This document shows positions 51,873 through 62,674 of a stretch of 64,000 bases of DNA, piece by piece; within the stretch, counting starts at the first letter, position 1; each line of letters opens with the position of its first letter. The stretch covers positions 434,001 through 498,000 of the forward strand of contig MU005958.1 in assembly GCA_010093745.1 (NCBI GenBank). Direction: 5' to 3'. The notes below the pieces were generated by a model. That model worked only from the letters and a program-made list of their open reading frames with translations. It was not told where the DNA came from and searched no databases. This DNA comes from Piedraia hortae CBS 480.64. Its lineage: Eukaryota. A program made the position numbers and the translations under genes.

Positions 51873-54800
51873 TCAAACAATCGAACTTCCATCCCCCAAA
51901 TCCCTCACCACCCCCTCCCTGCACGTTCCCTCCTCCCCATTCCTCAACGCAAACGTATCCTCATAAACCCCCATCGCAAGACTCCTCACAAATGGCCTAA
52001 CCACAACCCTCGCAAACTCCCCGCGCGGCAGCGCCCTGATATCATTCCCATCGAGTCTCAACCCCTCGAGTCTCAACCCCCCTCTCGTCCCAACCTTCAA
52101 ACCGTCCTCAACCCCCAGAACATCATCCCCCTCCGCCCCCTCTTCCGCCCCCGCAAGCACCCCCGCAATTTGTTCCGCCAACGGTCCATCCCCCTCGGTA
52201 GAGCGATAAACCGCATCAGTCGAATCCGCAATAAAAAGCCACTGTCTCAGTAAAAACTCATCCGGAGCGAGAGAAACCAACTGATCGAGCAGCTTACAAG
52301 CTTGCAAAATCCCATTATTCGTCCAGCCTGATCCCCCTGAGGGGAGAACTGCGGTAAGCGCGTCGTCGAGGAGGTCGTCGATCAACGGCCACAAGGCCGA
52401 GAGGTTTGGAGGGGAGAAGGAGAGGGTTGCTGCGCGAGATAGGATTAGGACTTCTGCTTTGATGGTGGAGGAAGGAAAGGAGGATTCTGTTGCTGAAGAT
52501 AAATCGGCGATTTTTTCGAGGAGGGGTTTTAGGTGTGAGAGGTGGGTATCTTTTGGGGAGGAAAGGAGGATTAGGGTGATCCGGCGGAGGGTTAGTTGTG
52601 TTTTGCGGTCGGAGTCGAGACGCGTTGCGTTGGCGTTTACGCCAAATAATGAGCCGGCGGTTGAGGGCGGGGTGAGGCGGGAAAGTTGTTCAGTGAGGCG
52701 GTCGGGGTCGCGGAACATCCATTGGTGGATTATGGGTAGCCAGGGGGTTAGGGGGGAGGAGAAGATTCGGGCGTCGTGGATTGCGTCGTGGACTTCGCGC
52801 TTCCAGGACTTGGAGGTGGGTGATTTTCTTGAGATTTCGTGGAGGAGGGTTAAGATTTCTGGGGTTAGGTTGGTGGGGAAGGATTTGGAGTGGATTAGAG
52901 GCGTTATGATGCTGTTGGTTATGTTGTTCGTTGCAGTTATGATGCGTTCGGGCGTTTCGACGATTGTGTCAAGTTCGCGGACCGCGTCGGTTAGGACGGA
53001 GATGAGGTTGCTTGCTTTGGTGCGCTCGTCGTGGTCGGGGGTTGGGATGCCGGGTACGGTGGTTAGGCTGGCTGCTAGGAGACGTTGGAATATGTCTATG
53101 AGTTCGCGTCGCATTCGCCTTTGTTCGCTAAAGTTTGTATGGAGGGATTTTTGGGATAAGCATTGGACGAGGGATAGGAGAGGGGGTAGTGCTTGGCGAT
53201 ATGGCAAAGGGTTGGCGAGCACGTCCCTTAAAAAGGCGATGCAGTCCGTCCAGATCTCGTCCAGTGCGTCGTCTTCCAGAGAGTTGACGTACTGCAAGAG
53301 GAAAACAGCAATGTCGGCCGCTGTCATGTCCACACTCATCTGTCGTCCACTCTGTGTGTCGATTCGGCCGCAGAGTGCGTTTAGTATTGTAGGAACCACG
53401 TTCTTTGGACGGGATCCTTGCATGACATGCAAAAGATCCAACGCAGTCGAGACTTTATTGGAAAGCAGAGAAATCACCACCTCCAAGCTCTCAAGCGGCT
53501 CGACCATGAACATTTGCTCTAGCAAGTGACGCGCTTTGTGTCGAAGACGGAGTGAGTAATACGTCGTTGTTGCGCTGGAGCCATGATCATGCTCGTTGGA
53601 CCAGCCCCAGATCTTGAGGCATGTTTGTATGGAATCATGAAAGGCCAGCACAACCGTCAATCGACTGTTGGCCTGTGCCGTCTTGCTTGGTGGTCCTTCT
53701 GATTTGAAAACGCCCGATGTCATGGTCCCAAAGAGCCCTCGGTTAGGGACAGGAGATTGGGTGGCTTCTTCCGCAATCTGCTCCTGTGCAAGACAATCGT
53801 GTGCCCGTGCCAGGACCATCTCCAAGGCTTCCAAAAGGCCCAGACAGACTGCATCGGGACTCCACTCATGCACATCTTCTTGCTCTGTCATCCTCACCAG
53901 CTCAGAAAACACTGCATCCAGCTCGCCGCAGAGACATTCTACCAGCGGCAGCAGGCTCGCGAATATCGCATTGGAAAATGTTGGCAGCATGCTGGACAGA
54001 AACCTCAGCCAGTGTGCCATGTGTCGACGGCCTGATTTTGAGGTGAAACCCATTCGGAGACACTTTAGCAGCTGCGGAGGTGGCGGTGCTTGTGTGGTCA
54101 TCAAACTGGGTGTGTTGCTGGCCTTTTTTTCTACCAGCCGGAGGTTGATAGCATCAGGTATCATGTCTAAGATGAGGCCTTGGAGGTCATCCTCGTCATT
54201 GGCAACACAGCCCAGCAACCGATCCATCAGGACAGAGTCCAGTGCCATTTCCCGGAACTGGTTAGACACCGGGCTTGTCATTAAAATGCGAAGAACGTTT
54301 AAGCACCGACGGTCAAGTTCCGTTGAAGTCTGTCGCGACACCATCTGCGAGCACACTTGAGCGATATACCTCGCTCCTTCTGATTCTGACTTGGCATTGC
54401 TGAGGCTGTTCCATGTCCAATCGCCTCCGTCACGGAGGAGACCCTCAAGCTGTCCGAGAACATAGACCAAACCCCTCTGTTTATCCCGCACAACTCGAAG
54501 ACGAGTCTTTGGATCTTCTACTCTCTCCTCATCTTCTTTCAGGATAATCTCTAGCCGTTCAAAGATAATTTCAAAAACATACCGAAGCGTTGGGAGAGCT
54601 GCAAGCCAGTCTCTTGCCGTCTCAGCAGCAACGCTTGGTGTTGCGCCCAATACGTCCACAATCCACGACAATGGCTCTGCTAGGATTTGCCTTCTTCGCT
54701 CAAATTTTGCAGCATCAGCCATTGCCGTGGCTGCACTGCTTCGTCGGGTCAACGTGGCTCCGCCGTTCTTAGTGGCTACCACTTGCGCGGGCATTGAATG

Positions 54801-57043
54801 GTTCCAGAGGATTGCAAACCGTCTGACTGCTTCATCGTCAAGAGGCGATTTTTCTGTTTGGCATTTCGTCCCAGATCGCATCTGAGTGATCAGCAACGCT
54901 TGCAACTTGTTATCATCGCCTGCTAGCTTGTTCAGCTGCCACAGAGCTCTCACTGCTTCAACATGATATTTGGGTCGAGAAGGTGAAAGATGTGCCCACA
55001 GCTGCGCAGTCAGCAATGGCTGTAGCTGGAAGAGTTCGTTGGCGGTGATGCGACCAGCTGAGTTGTATTCTGTCGTCAAGGATAATATTGCGTTCAGAAC
55101 TGAAAAGGAAACTGGACATTCAGTTATCCACCCCTGAATTTCCATTGGCAATGTTGGAATGGGACCAACATCGCGCGTGATGGAGAGGAGATTGTCCATG
55201 ACTGGCACGAGTTCGCAAAAAGTTGAGCTCTGCTTATCCTTGATAGTACGCCGGACTAAGCTCGTGACCTGGTGAAGAAGAGTCGCAGCCAGAGTGGAAC
55301 GGCCCATGGGCAACGAAACTTTGCCAGCTGATTGGGGCAGTTCCCGATAGAACCTTGCAATGATTGAGCTATTGTCTTCTTCAACTTCTTCCGATCCATC
55401 ACCCTTGAGCGCTCTCTCAGGAATTAGCTGGGACAGTTTGTCTGCGATTTCCAAAGCCAAGGTGGTCAATATACCTGTAGGCGTTGACTGTCGGTTGAGC
55501 AGATCAAAGATTAGAGAAAGCGTGAGGGGGGCGTGAATGAGGACCATCTCTTCGTCTGACACATTAAACGTCCCTAGAGCCCAATTGACTAGACGCAGGT
55601 TTTTTCCAGACCGTTCCTCAAAGGCTTTTCGAACGTAATTGCAAAAATTTGTCCAAACAAGACCGGCTTCCACTCCATCAAAAAACAGCGATGCACTTCG
55701 CATAACTTCCTTCACTTCCGAAGCGGATGCAGTCTGGCCGAACGTATACACACTTTCCAATGCTGGTGGGAATACTTCAGTGAGGATCGATCCGCCAATC
55801 TCCCAGCGATCCATCAACGATAGACAAATCCGAAGCGGACGAGCAACTTGGGCCGCATTATTCGGATGTTCATCTAGCAGACTGAGCATCACACGCCGCA
55901 GGGATCCTTCGCCATATTTCCGAAAGTACTCCCGCTGAGGTGCATCTTCCTGACTCCCAGATTCCTCTTTGCTCGGTCCCACAAACCAGGACCAAAGACG
56001 TCTGTTCAAACTCATGTCACGCCTCAGCAAAACTTGGACGGTTGCAGCTACTAATCGGTCGAGGTCTTCTTGATCAATCTTCTCCCGCAAGACCGGAGAG
56101 TTTAGCGGTAGATGTGTGACTAGCAGGTTCAGGAATTCTCTTTGGGCCAAGACCTGGTCGTCTGACAGTCCGGCAACAAATGCTCTGACAAGCAGCCCAG
56201 GTTCTGGACATATAACGACATAAGCCTCGTCCGAAAGGCTGTCTGTTGTGAAGTTTGGCAGACGACGTGACATGTAATTCAGCATCCCTGGCCTTCTTGA
56301 CGGACTGGTGATGACACATAGGAAGAGACATTGCCAAAAGTACCCATTTCGGGGCTCGGCAGGATCTGGCTGGGCAAATTCGTCTTCCAGTTTCTGCAAA
56401 ATCGCAAATGCACGATCAAAGTCCTCGCCCGATTCCTCTTCAATAGCAGGGCTAAGGCCTAAAATGAGTGATTTCAAAGCCGGTCGTAATGTTTTTGCCG
56501 GTAACCGAACAATGTGGTGTTCAAAAAGGGCATAGAGGGCAGGTCTGACGGAGAGCGAGGCAAATGAGAGCACGGAGGCCAATCCGGGAAGGTAATCAGT
56601 CAGGTGCAAGGACAAGTGATGGGCGCCAAAGGTCGAGAAGATATAAGAGTACACTTCGAGAGCTTTTTGATGGACACCAGAGGGCAGAGCTGGGTTCATG
56701 CATTGTGCAAGTTTGAAGGCTATGCTTCTACTGTGCGGTAGTATGGGAGAGTCTTTGGGATGCGTTTGTATCGCTTTAAGAAGGCGACCCAAAAAGGCGA
56801 TATAGTCGGCCCATTCTTCGGGAGATGTTTCCCAGGTAGCAAGAGCTTTTTCGATTACAGTTGCATATCTGCGGAGGCCCTTATCTGCCTTGTATAGTCC
56901 TATATACCATGAGCTACTGTCCACTACTGATACCCCACGCGCATACCGTCCTCTGCCGCTCGTCGCGCTACGCGAGGCGCAGGCGATGAACGCCCCGAGC
57001 TTGCAGGCGACTGGGAGCGATTACCAGCGATATCCAAGTTCAT
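51873..57043 (-). CDS. DOP1: Dopey/Dop1 (DopA) endosome-Golgi trafficking protein
   Basis: EWADYIAFLGRLLKA, LAQCMNPALPSGVHQKALEVY and LRRDMSLNRRLWSWF. First exon 57043-56947 (MNLDIAG..SPASSGRSSP) is joined by intron 56946-56900. Confidence 0.93.
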
Positions 57044-57162
57044 CTTCGTACATTCTAGCTGTCCTACGTGCCAATCGCAAGTTTCATATTCTGGTTGAAC
57101 GTGGCTTGGTGCCTCAGGCCGCAACGCGCACCTCCACCTCCACGGACGGAGTGAAGGTGAAG

Positions 57163-58767
57163 ATGTCTAGAGAATCTACGCCGCCGCCTTTACCTCGGAG
57201 ACCTGTAAAGGATACAGAACCTCCCAAGCCAGCTTCTCTCCGCCTCTCAAAGTCGTCTTCGAGACCTCAGCTGCTATCTCCAGCCACTACAGCGCTGTCC
57301 CTGACTGATGTATTAAGCGGGGAAAGCACTCCAGCGAGTCGGAGTGTGTCCAGAGAACAATCGCTTGATCACTTTCATCGTTCAAGCATTGACAGCGATG
57401 TTAGTAGGAGTATATCAGGAGAATTCCATGATGATTCGTTGGATTTACAAACAGACGACTCCATCAGTCTTCAATTTCAACACGAGTTTGATGCACTAGA
57501 AGGACTAGATGAAGAAGACTTGATCCGCAAATGGGGAGCCAAGCTTAAACACTTTTTCATCTTGTCAGCCTCGGGCAAGCCCATCTATAGCCGTCATGGC
57601 GACGACCAGCTCATCAGCAACTACATTGGCATAGCCCAAACACTGATATCCTTTTACCAAGACGCCAATGACAATCTTAAGTCGTTTACAGCCGGCGACA
57701 CCCGGTTCGTCATGCTGTCAGAAGGATACTTGAACCTCGTAGCCATAAGCCGATTGGGTGAAAGCGAAGGTCAACTACGCTCCCAGCTGGAAAGCCTCTA
57801 CATGCAGATCTTATCCGCACTGACTTTGCCGTCCATGGAAAAAATGTTCAAGCTTCGCCCGTCTACTGATCTTCGTCGGCCACTCGCGGGAACAGACGTG
57901 CTGCTGGACAGTCTGGCAGACGGCTTCACACGAGGCTCACCTTCAACTCTCTTATCCGCACTAGAATGCCTGCGTCTTCATAAAAGCCATCGAGAGGTGA
58001 TTGACGAAACATTTCTCAGAGTTCGTTCTCCAAATTTGCTCTACGGGTTGATCGTAGCAGCTGGTCGTCTGGTTAGCGTAGTTCGGCCTAAGAAGCATTC
58101 TCTACACCCGGGCGACCTCCACTTGATTTTCAATATGCTCTTTGAAGCGAGCAACATCCGCGCTGGTGGTGGGGAGAACTGGATTCCTCTTTCTCTGCCG
58201 GGTTTCCACAAGAACGGTTACCTCTACATGTACGTTAGTTTCGTCACCGAGGAGGTAGATGACGCCTTAGCCGTCGTTCTTATCAGCGCGAACAGGGAAG
58301 GCTTCTATGAGCTGCGTGAGATGCGAGACAGTCTACTCGAACAACTCGAGCAAAACGAAGGCATGTCCCATCTTAAAGCAGCCATGAGCAAAGGCCGGGC
58401 TTCATGTTCTCAAATGGTTCCCGGCTCTGTCCTGAAGCATTTCCTCTACAAGTCCCGCGCTCACGTGCAGTTTACCATGCCTTCATTTGAGCCTTTATTC
58501 GGAGACGCTGTGTTACGAAGGAAGCTGCTAAGCTGGTATGGCAGTTTGCATGAAAGCATCCATTCACGCGCGGCACGGTTAAAAGTGCAACATCGGTCAA
58601 CACCGTACATGTCGGGCTTGGCATGGGAAACAGCGCAGTTTGAACTCTATTGCGTGGCAGGTCCCAATGCGTCGAGGAACGACCTCTTGCACGCTGCCAA
58701 CCGGGTTGTGAAGCAAATGAAACGAGAGGAGGAAAAAGTTTTCATAATCGGTGGAGCAGTCTTCTAA
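57163..58767 (+). CDS. MON1: Vacuolar fusion protein Mon1 (Rab7 GEF subunit)
   Basis: KLKHFFILSASGKPIYSRHG, YMQILSALT, HSLHPGDLHLIFN, WIPLSLPGF and EEKVFIIGGAVF. Confidence 0.93.
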   Translation: MSRESTPPPLPRRPVKDTEPPKPASLRLSKSSSRPQLLSPATTALSLTDVLSGESTPASRSVSREQSLDHFHRSSIDSDVSRSISGEFHDDSLDLQTDDSISLQFQHEFDALEGLDEEDLIRKWGAKLKHFFILSASGKPIYSRHGDDQLISNYIGIAQTLISFYQDANDNLKSFTAGDTRFVMLSEGYLNLVAISRLGESEGQLRSQLESLYMQILSALTLPSMEKMFKLRPSTDLRRPLAGTDVLLDSLADGFTRGSPSTLLSALECLRLHKSHREVIDETFLRVRSPNLLYGLIVAAGRLVSVVRPKKHSLHPGDLHLIFNMLFEASNIRAGGGENWIPLSLPGFHKNGYLYMYVSFVTEEVDDALAVVLISANREGFYELREMRDSLLEQLEQNEGMSHLKAAMSKGRASCSQMVPGSVLKHFLYKSRAHVQFTMPSFEPLFGDAVLRRKLLSWYGSLHESIHSRAARLKVQHRSTPYMSGLAWETAQFELYCVAGPNASRNDLLHAANRVVKQMKREEEKVFIIGGAVF

Positions 58768-61064
58768 TCATGTCTAACCAGCCATGTGCGAGCTATGGTC
58801 TGAAATCGCATCACATCATTTTCCAGCCTCTTCACACGAGCATCCATCACTGCTCGCCAAGCCCTTTGCAGAACTGTTGTTGCTTCGACGAGACGGTGTT
58901 GTGTCCGCACCACTGCGGCGCAGGAATGTGCCAGTCGACAGAGAGCGAGTCTCCTGGTTATCTGCCTCCTTGCCAGCATTAGCCGATAAGCTCTTGAAAT
59001 CTTGACCGCGGATTTGTGCGTTTTGGCCAGATGTAACAACCTCGACGCAAGGAACGCGAGGTTGGCAATAACGGCATGTCGCGAAGGAACAAATCCGTCT
59101 TTCGCAGTCAACTGCGAGACGAAAGTCTTGCTGCATCCAATCGCAGCCAGCTTGTCCGCCAGTCCGGCAGGTTGTCCGGAAATAAACTCTCCGAACCCAT
59201 CCAAAATAGCCTCATAAACCTCCCTCCCACATTCCGCAAACATCTCCGTCGTCAGAGCAGAACCATAGTACCCTTCCGCCCACTCCATCAACTTCCCCTC
59301 CCCAGCAAGTCCCTCCCCAACCAACTTATTCAATCCAAACGGACACACGATCCTCCACAACAAACTGAGCGTCCGTTCCCTATGTCCATCCACCAAATCT
59401 TCCGCCTGTACCCCAGAAACGTCAACCCCCTTCTCCCTCAACCCATCCAACGCCCTTTGGGTATTACCCAACCTCTCCCTCCTAGTCCTACACTGCCCCC
59501 CCACCCCTTTTCCACCAAACAAAACAACCCCCAACCGCCCCAAAAGCACCCCATCCCGAACCCCAACTGCCAAATCTTTTACTCCCCAATCCTCATCCTC
59601 ATCCTGCACAAACCCAACCTCAAAACCCAAAAATCCCAACCTTCGAACCAAATCCCCCGTCGACGGAATCACAACCTTCCCCAACCTAACAATCATCTCC
59701 CTCGAAGCCTTAACCCCCCCCTCACACCTAAAAACCAACCCCCCCTTAATCCCACCCCGATCCAAAACCCAAATAACCATCAACGCACGAAGGACACAAA
59801 CCCACCACTCCCCTTCGACAAAAAACCTCTTCAAGAAAGCCCTCACCCTGACCGAGGGCGGAATGGTGCGGCCAACGACGACTTCAGCCGCGGCGCGGAG
59901 CCATCCCTCTTCATACACTTCCAGGAGGGAGAGGAATGCTTCGCGAATCCCGAGATCGGTGGAGAGATGGACCGGCTTTGCTGGCGCGAGGGTCCCATAC
60001 CGCAAGCTTTGTTCGAGCCGGGTGTGCAGGGTTACTGTTGTGGGGGTGTGGTAGATTTTAAGAAGAGGTTCCCGCCGGGGGGGAGGGGGGGGTTGTGCGG
60101 TGGGGGTGAGGAGGGTGTTGATTATTTCACGCAGGGAGACTTCTTGGTGGGAGAGCCAGTGGGGCAAGGGGGTGTAGAGGCTTGGGTGGGGGATGTGGGG
60201 TAGGGGTTGGTAAGACTCCTTTGGGGGATGGAGGGCTGCTGGTTTTGGGTGGTCGTTTTGGGTTGTGATTGTCATGATCAGTTCCGCAGGGGGGGAGAAG
60301 GTCTCTTTCTTCCCACCGTTTTGGCTGGGGATCGTAGTTGTGGACTTGCAGGTGGGTTTGGGATTTTGCGGACTTTGGGGGGTGCGGGTTTGGGAGGGCT
60401 TCGCCGTGACTGATTGCTTGAGAGGACGCGGGAACGCCGATGTATCGGCTGGTGATACCACTTTTGCGGATACAGATGGCTTTTTCATTTTTCGCTTCGT
60501 GTCTGGGAGGAGGTTATCTTTCTCACCGCCCTGGCCTGGTATGTCCACTTTGTGGTTTGTATGGGTGGGTTTCGGGGTTATTGAACCCAGTGGGACTCGT
60601 TTGTGAGGGGGCTTCGCCGCGCCTTCTTGTTTTGAAGAACGATTATTGGGCCGCTTCGCGCTGGGTAACATGAATGTATCGTCTAGTAATCCCGCTTTTG
60701 TGAATGATTTCTTCCTGTTCCGGTTCGCGTCTGGGAGAAGATTCTCTTTTCCACCGCCCTGGCCTGGGATGTCCACTGTGCAATTGGTGTTGTTGGGTTT
60801 GGGAGTTATGGTACCCAGTGGTGTGCGTCTTTGGGGTGTCGGCTTCACCGCGTCTGCTTTTTTTGGAGACCGCTTGTTAGGACGCTTCGCAATGGGGAAC
60901 ATCCATGTATCGTCTAGGGTTTTGTCTTTTGCGCCGGGATGGATCGTCAACATAGCTGTTGTGGAGTCTGGCGGGATGTAAATTGTTCGTCTTCGCCGGT
61001 CGACAGGGGACATGTTCATATTGGGTTTCAGGGGTGAAAAGGCGAGATGCAGATTTGTCGCCAT
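58764..61064 (-). CDS. ASPM/Sha1-like calmodulin-binding spindle protein (CH domain plus IQ motifs)
   Basis: RRRTIYIPPD, TIHPG, DLGIREAFL, WLRAAAEVVVGR, CH motif VKDLAVGVRDGVLLGRL..EDLVDGHRERTLSLLW and IQ-like LQRAWR. Start uncertain; the frame is open to 61355. Confidence 0.8.
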   Translation of the reverse strand: MATNLHLAFSPLKPNMNMSPVDRRRRTIYIPPDSTTAMLTIHPGAKDKTLDDTWMFPIAKRPNKRSPKKADAVKPTPQRRTPLGTITPKPNNTNCTVDIPGQGGGKENLLPDANRNRKKSFTKAGLLDDTFMLPSAKRPNNRSSKQEGAAKPPHKRVPLGSITPKPTHTNHKVDIPGQGGEKDNLLPDTKRKMKKPSVSAKVVSPADTSAFPRPLKQSVTAKPSQTRTPQSPQNPKPTCKSTTTIPSQNGGKKETFSPPAELIMTITTQNDHPKPAALHPPKESYQPLPHIPHPSLYTPLPHWLSHQEVSLREIINTLLTPTAQPPPPPRREPLLKIYHTPTTVTLHTRLEQSLRYGTLAPAKPVHLSTDLGIREAFLSLLEVYEEGWLRAAAEVVVGRTIPPSVRVRAFLKRFFVEGEWWVCVLRALMVIWVLDRGGIKGGLVFRCEGGVKASREMIVRLGKVVIPSTGDLVRRLGFLGFEVGFVQDEDEDWGVKDLAVGVRDGVLLGRLGVVLFGGKGVGGQCRTRRERLGNTQRALDGLREKGVDVSGVQAEDLVDGHRERTLSLLWRIVCPFGLNKLVGEGLAGEGKLMEWAEGYYGSALTTEMFAECGREVYEAILDGFGEFISGQPAGLADKLAAIGCSKTFVSQLTAKDGFVPSRHAVIANLAFLASRLLHLAKTHKSAVKISRAYRLMLARRQITRRLALCRLAHSCAAVVRTQHRLVEATTVLQRAWRAVMDARVKRLENDVMRFQTIARTWLVRHD
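60481..60917 (-). repeat. Intragenic tandem duplication, 231-bp offset, in the ASPM-like gene
   Basis: Copy 1: LDDTWMFPIAKRPNKRS..RRTPLGTITPKP..VDIPGQGGGKENLLPD. Copy 2: LDDTFMLPSAKRPNNRS..KRVPLGSITPKP..VDIPGQGGEKDNLLPD. Confidence 0.92.
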
Positions 61065-62249
61065 TGTGTGGATTTTCGATAGAGGTGTTTGCTCAATTGA
61101 TGGTTTGGCGCGTGGATGAGTATTTGGGTCGGTCGGTTGGCGTGGCAACGGCGTAGGTAGCGGGTTAAGGTTTGGAGTTTCACACACAATACACACCATG
61201 TGACAGCAACTTTCACTACTCAGGTTTTTCAGGTCTGAACTTTGGTCCATTGTTATTTGCCTCTGGACCAGCCGCGCTAGATATCGACAAGTGCTTTTCG
61301 CGTAGCTGATCATCGCAACTTTTACTCCAAACCCTGCATCGCATCTTGTGTGCATAAAGCTCGATCATACAACCACTCAATATCGTCATATAGCCGGACT
61401 TGGACTCTGCGAACACTGGACAGATTGAATAAACCTTTATAGTGGAATGGCAGCGCCTCCAATATGGTCTTCACGCAAGCGTAAACACTGGATATGGCGA
61501 ACCGAAATTTCGTGCCATATCGATCCGCCGAATCCAGGGTTAGAGTGTAGCTGCATTGATAGAACCAAAAAGTGGGCTGGAGATCAGCTCTGATGAGTAT
61601 GGTGAAAGGGGTGCGTTGGATGTAAGTTCGCATATGCACTGAGAATCAATTTCGAGTCTGTGATGCCTGTTACATTCTTTTGGAAAATTGGGGGTTGGGC
61701 AACAGATGGCAGTCCATCTGTGTGCCTAGTCAACCAATCCATCGATCAACTAATGAGCAGAATACCCACTTCAATATCGGCGTAAAGTTACGGAAATGCC
61801 CGCTCAATAATGCATACATACTACTGAACCATGAGTTTCTTTCTCCAATATCGTCGCAAAGTTACAGAAAGGCTCATACAATAGTATATTGAGTCATAGT
61901 GTAGCAACTACTTTCTCCATTATTGACTCAAAGTCACATAGATACCTATTCAATAGTGCGCGAGCCGGCATGCCCCTTTTTATTCCGTGAGAGCAAATGA
62001 ATTGCCTCCGTATGTCAGCGTCGAGCGCTCTTCACTAACTCATTCCGAGGAAACTTTCGAGAATCTCTACTGAGACGACGAGTTTTCCCCGAGCAGGACT
62101 GTACGTTAACCTTCCCTGCTCATCAAAAAGCTCTGAGTAGTCACTTAATATCTCGCCGACATTGCTGCAGAAAATCAGAAAAGGCATGGTAGAAATGTAT
62201 TGGTGTAGTTCATGTCATAAGATGACGATAGTTATCCTCCGACTACTCA

Positions 62250-62674
62250 TCACTGCCAAACCACCCCCACCCCAGCCTTCTCCCCCTCTCCCCCCGAAAA
62301 CTCATCAAACCTCGCATCCCTATCCCACACATTCCCCAACTCTGATTCCTCCCTCCTTCGACGCAGCAACACGCTTAAAATATCGAATCCGATGCATCGG
62401 GATCTACTTCTCCTTATCTTTATCCCTAACCCACGCATCTGCATGAAGCTCCTTCATCCCCTCAAACCTCTCCGCGTATCCAATCACATAGTCCGCAACG
62501 TCCAGGTTCGGGTCCCAGTAGAGTCTATTCAGAATTTTCGGTCCGGGTGTTAATTTTCCTTTGGGGCCTTGAGATTGGAGTTGGGAGGGGGGGGGGTTAT
62601 CCTGCGTGAGTTCTTTGCCTTGGAGTTGGTGTGGCGGTGTAGTTCGACACGCGGGTTGGTGTGCTCGGTGGCAT
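62250..62674 (-). pseudogene. MJ1316 (DUF504/LENG9-type) RNA cyclic-end recognition domain pseudogene
   Basis: A frame absent from the ORF track reads KGKLTPGPKILNRLYWDPNLDVADYVIGYAERFEGMKE..WVRDKDKEK*IPMHRIRYFKR. After a frameshift it continues VWDRDARFDEFSG. TAG at 62406-62404; the ATG at 62674 is out of frame. Confidence 0.8.

Noticed and set aside
52459..54360. Long + strand ORFs (356 and 230 aa)
   Set aside because: Antisense shadows of DOP1.
56890..57162. N-terminal extension of MON1 overlapping DOP1
   Set aside because: It starts at TTG and is antisense to DOP1 exon 1 and its intron. The first plausible start is ATG 57163.
59076..60203. 375-aa + strand ORF rich in Pro/Asn/Gln then Gly/Val
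   Set aside because: It is antisense to the ASPM-like CDS. Stops are absent because of the extreme skew, and it has no domain character.
62424..62433. CCCTAACCC telomere/telomerase-template-like motif
   Set aside because: It lies in the MJ1316 pseudogene (W-V-R codons on the minus strand) and is expected by chance in C/A-rich skewed DNA.
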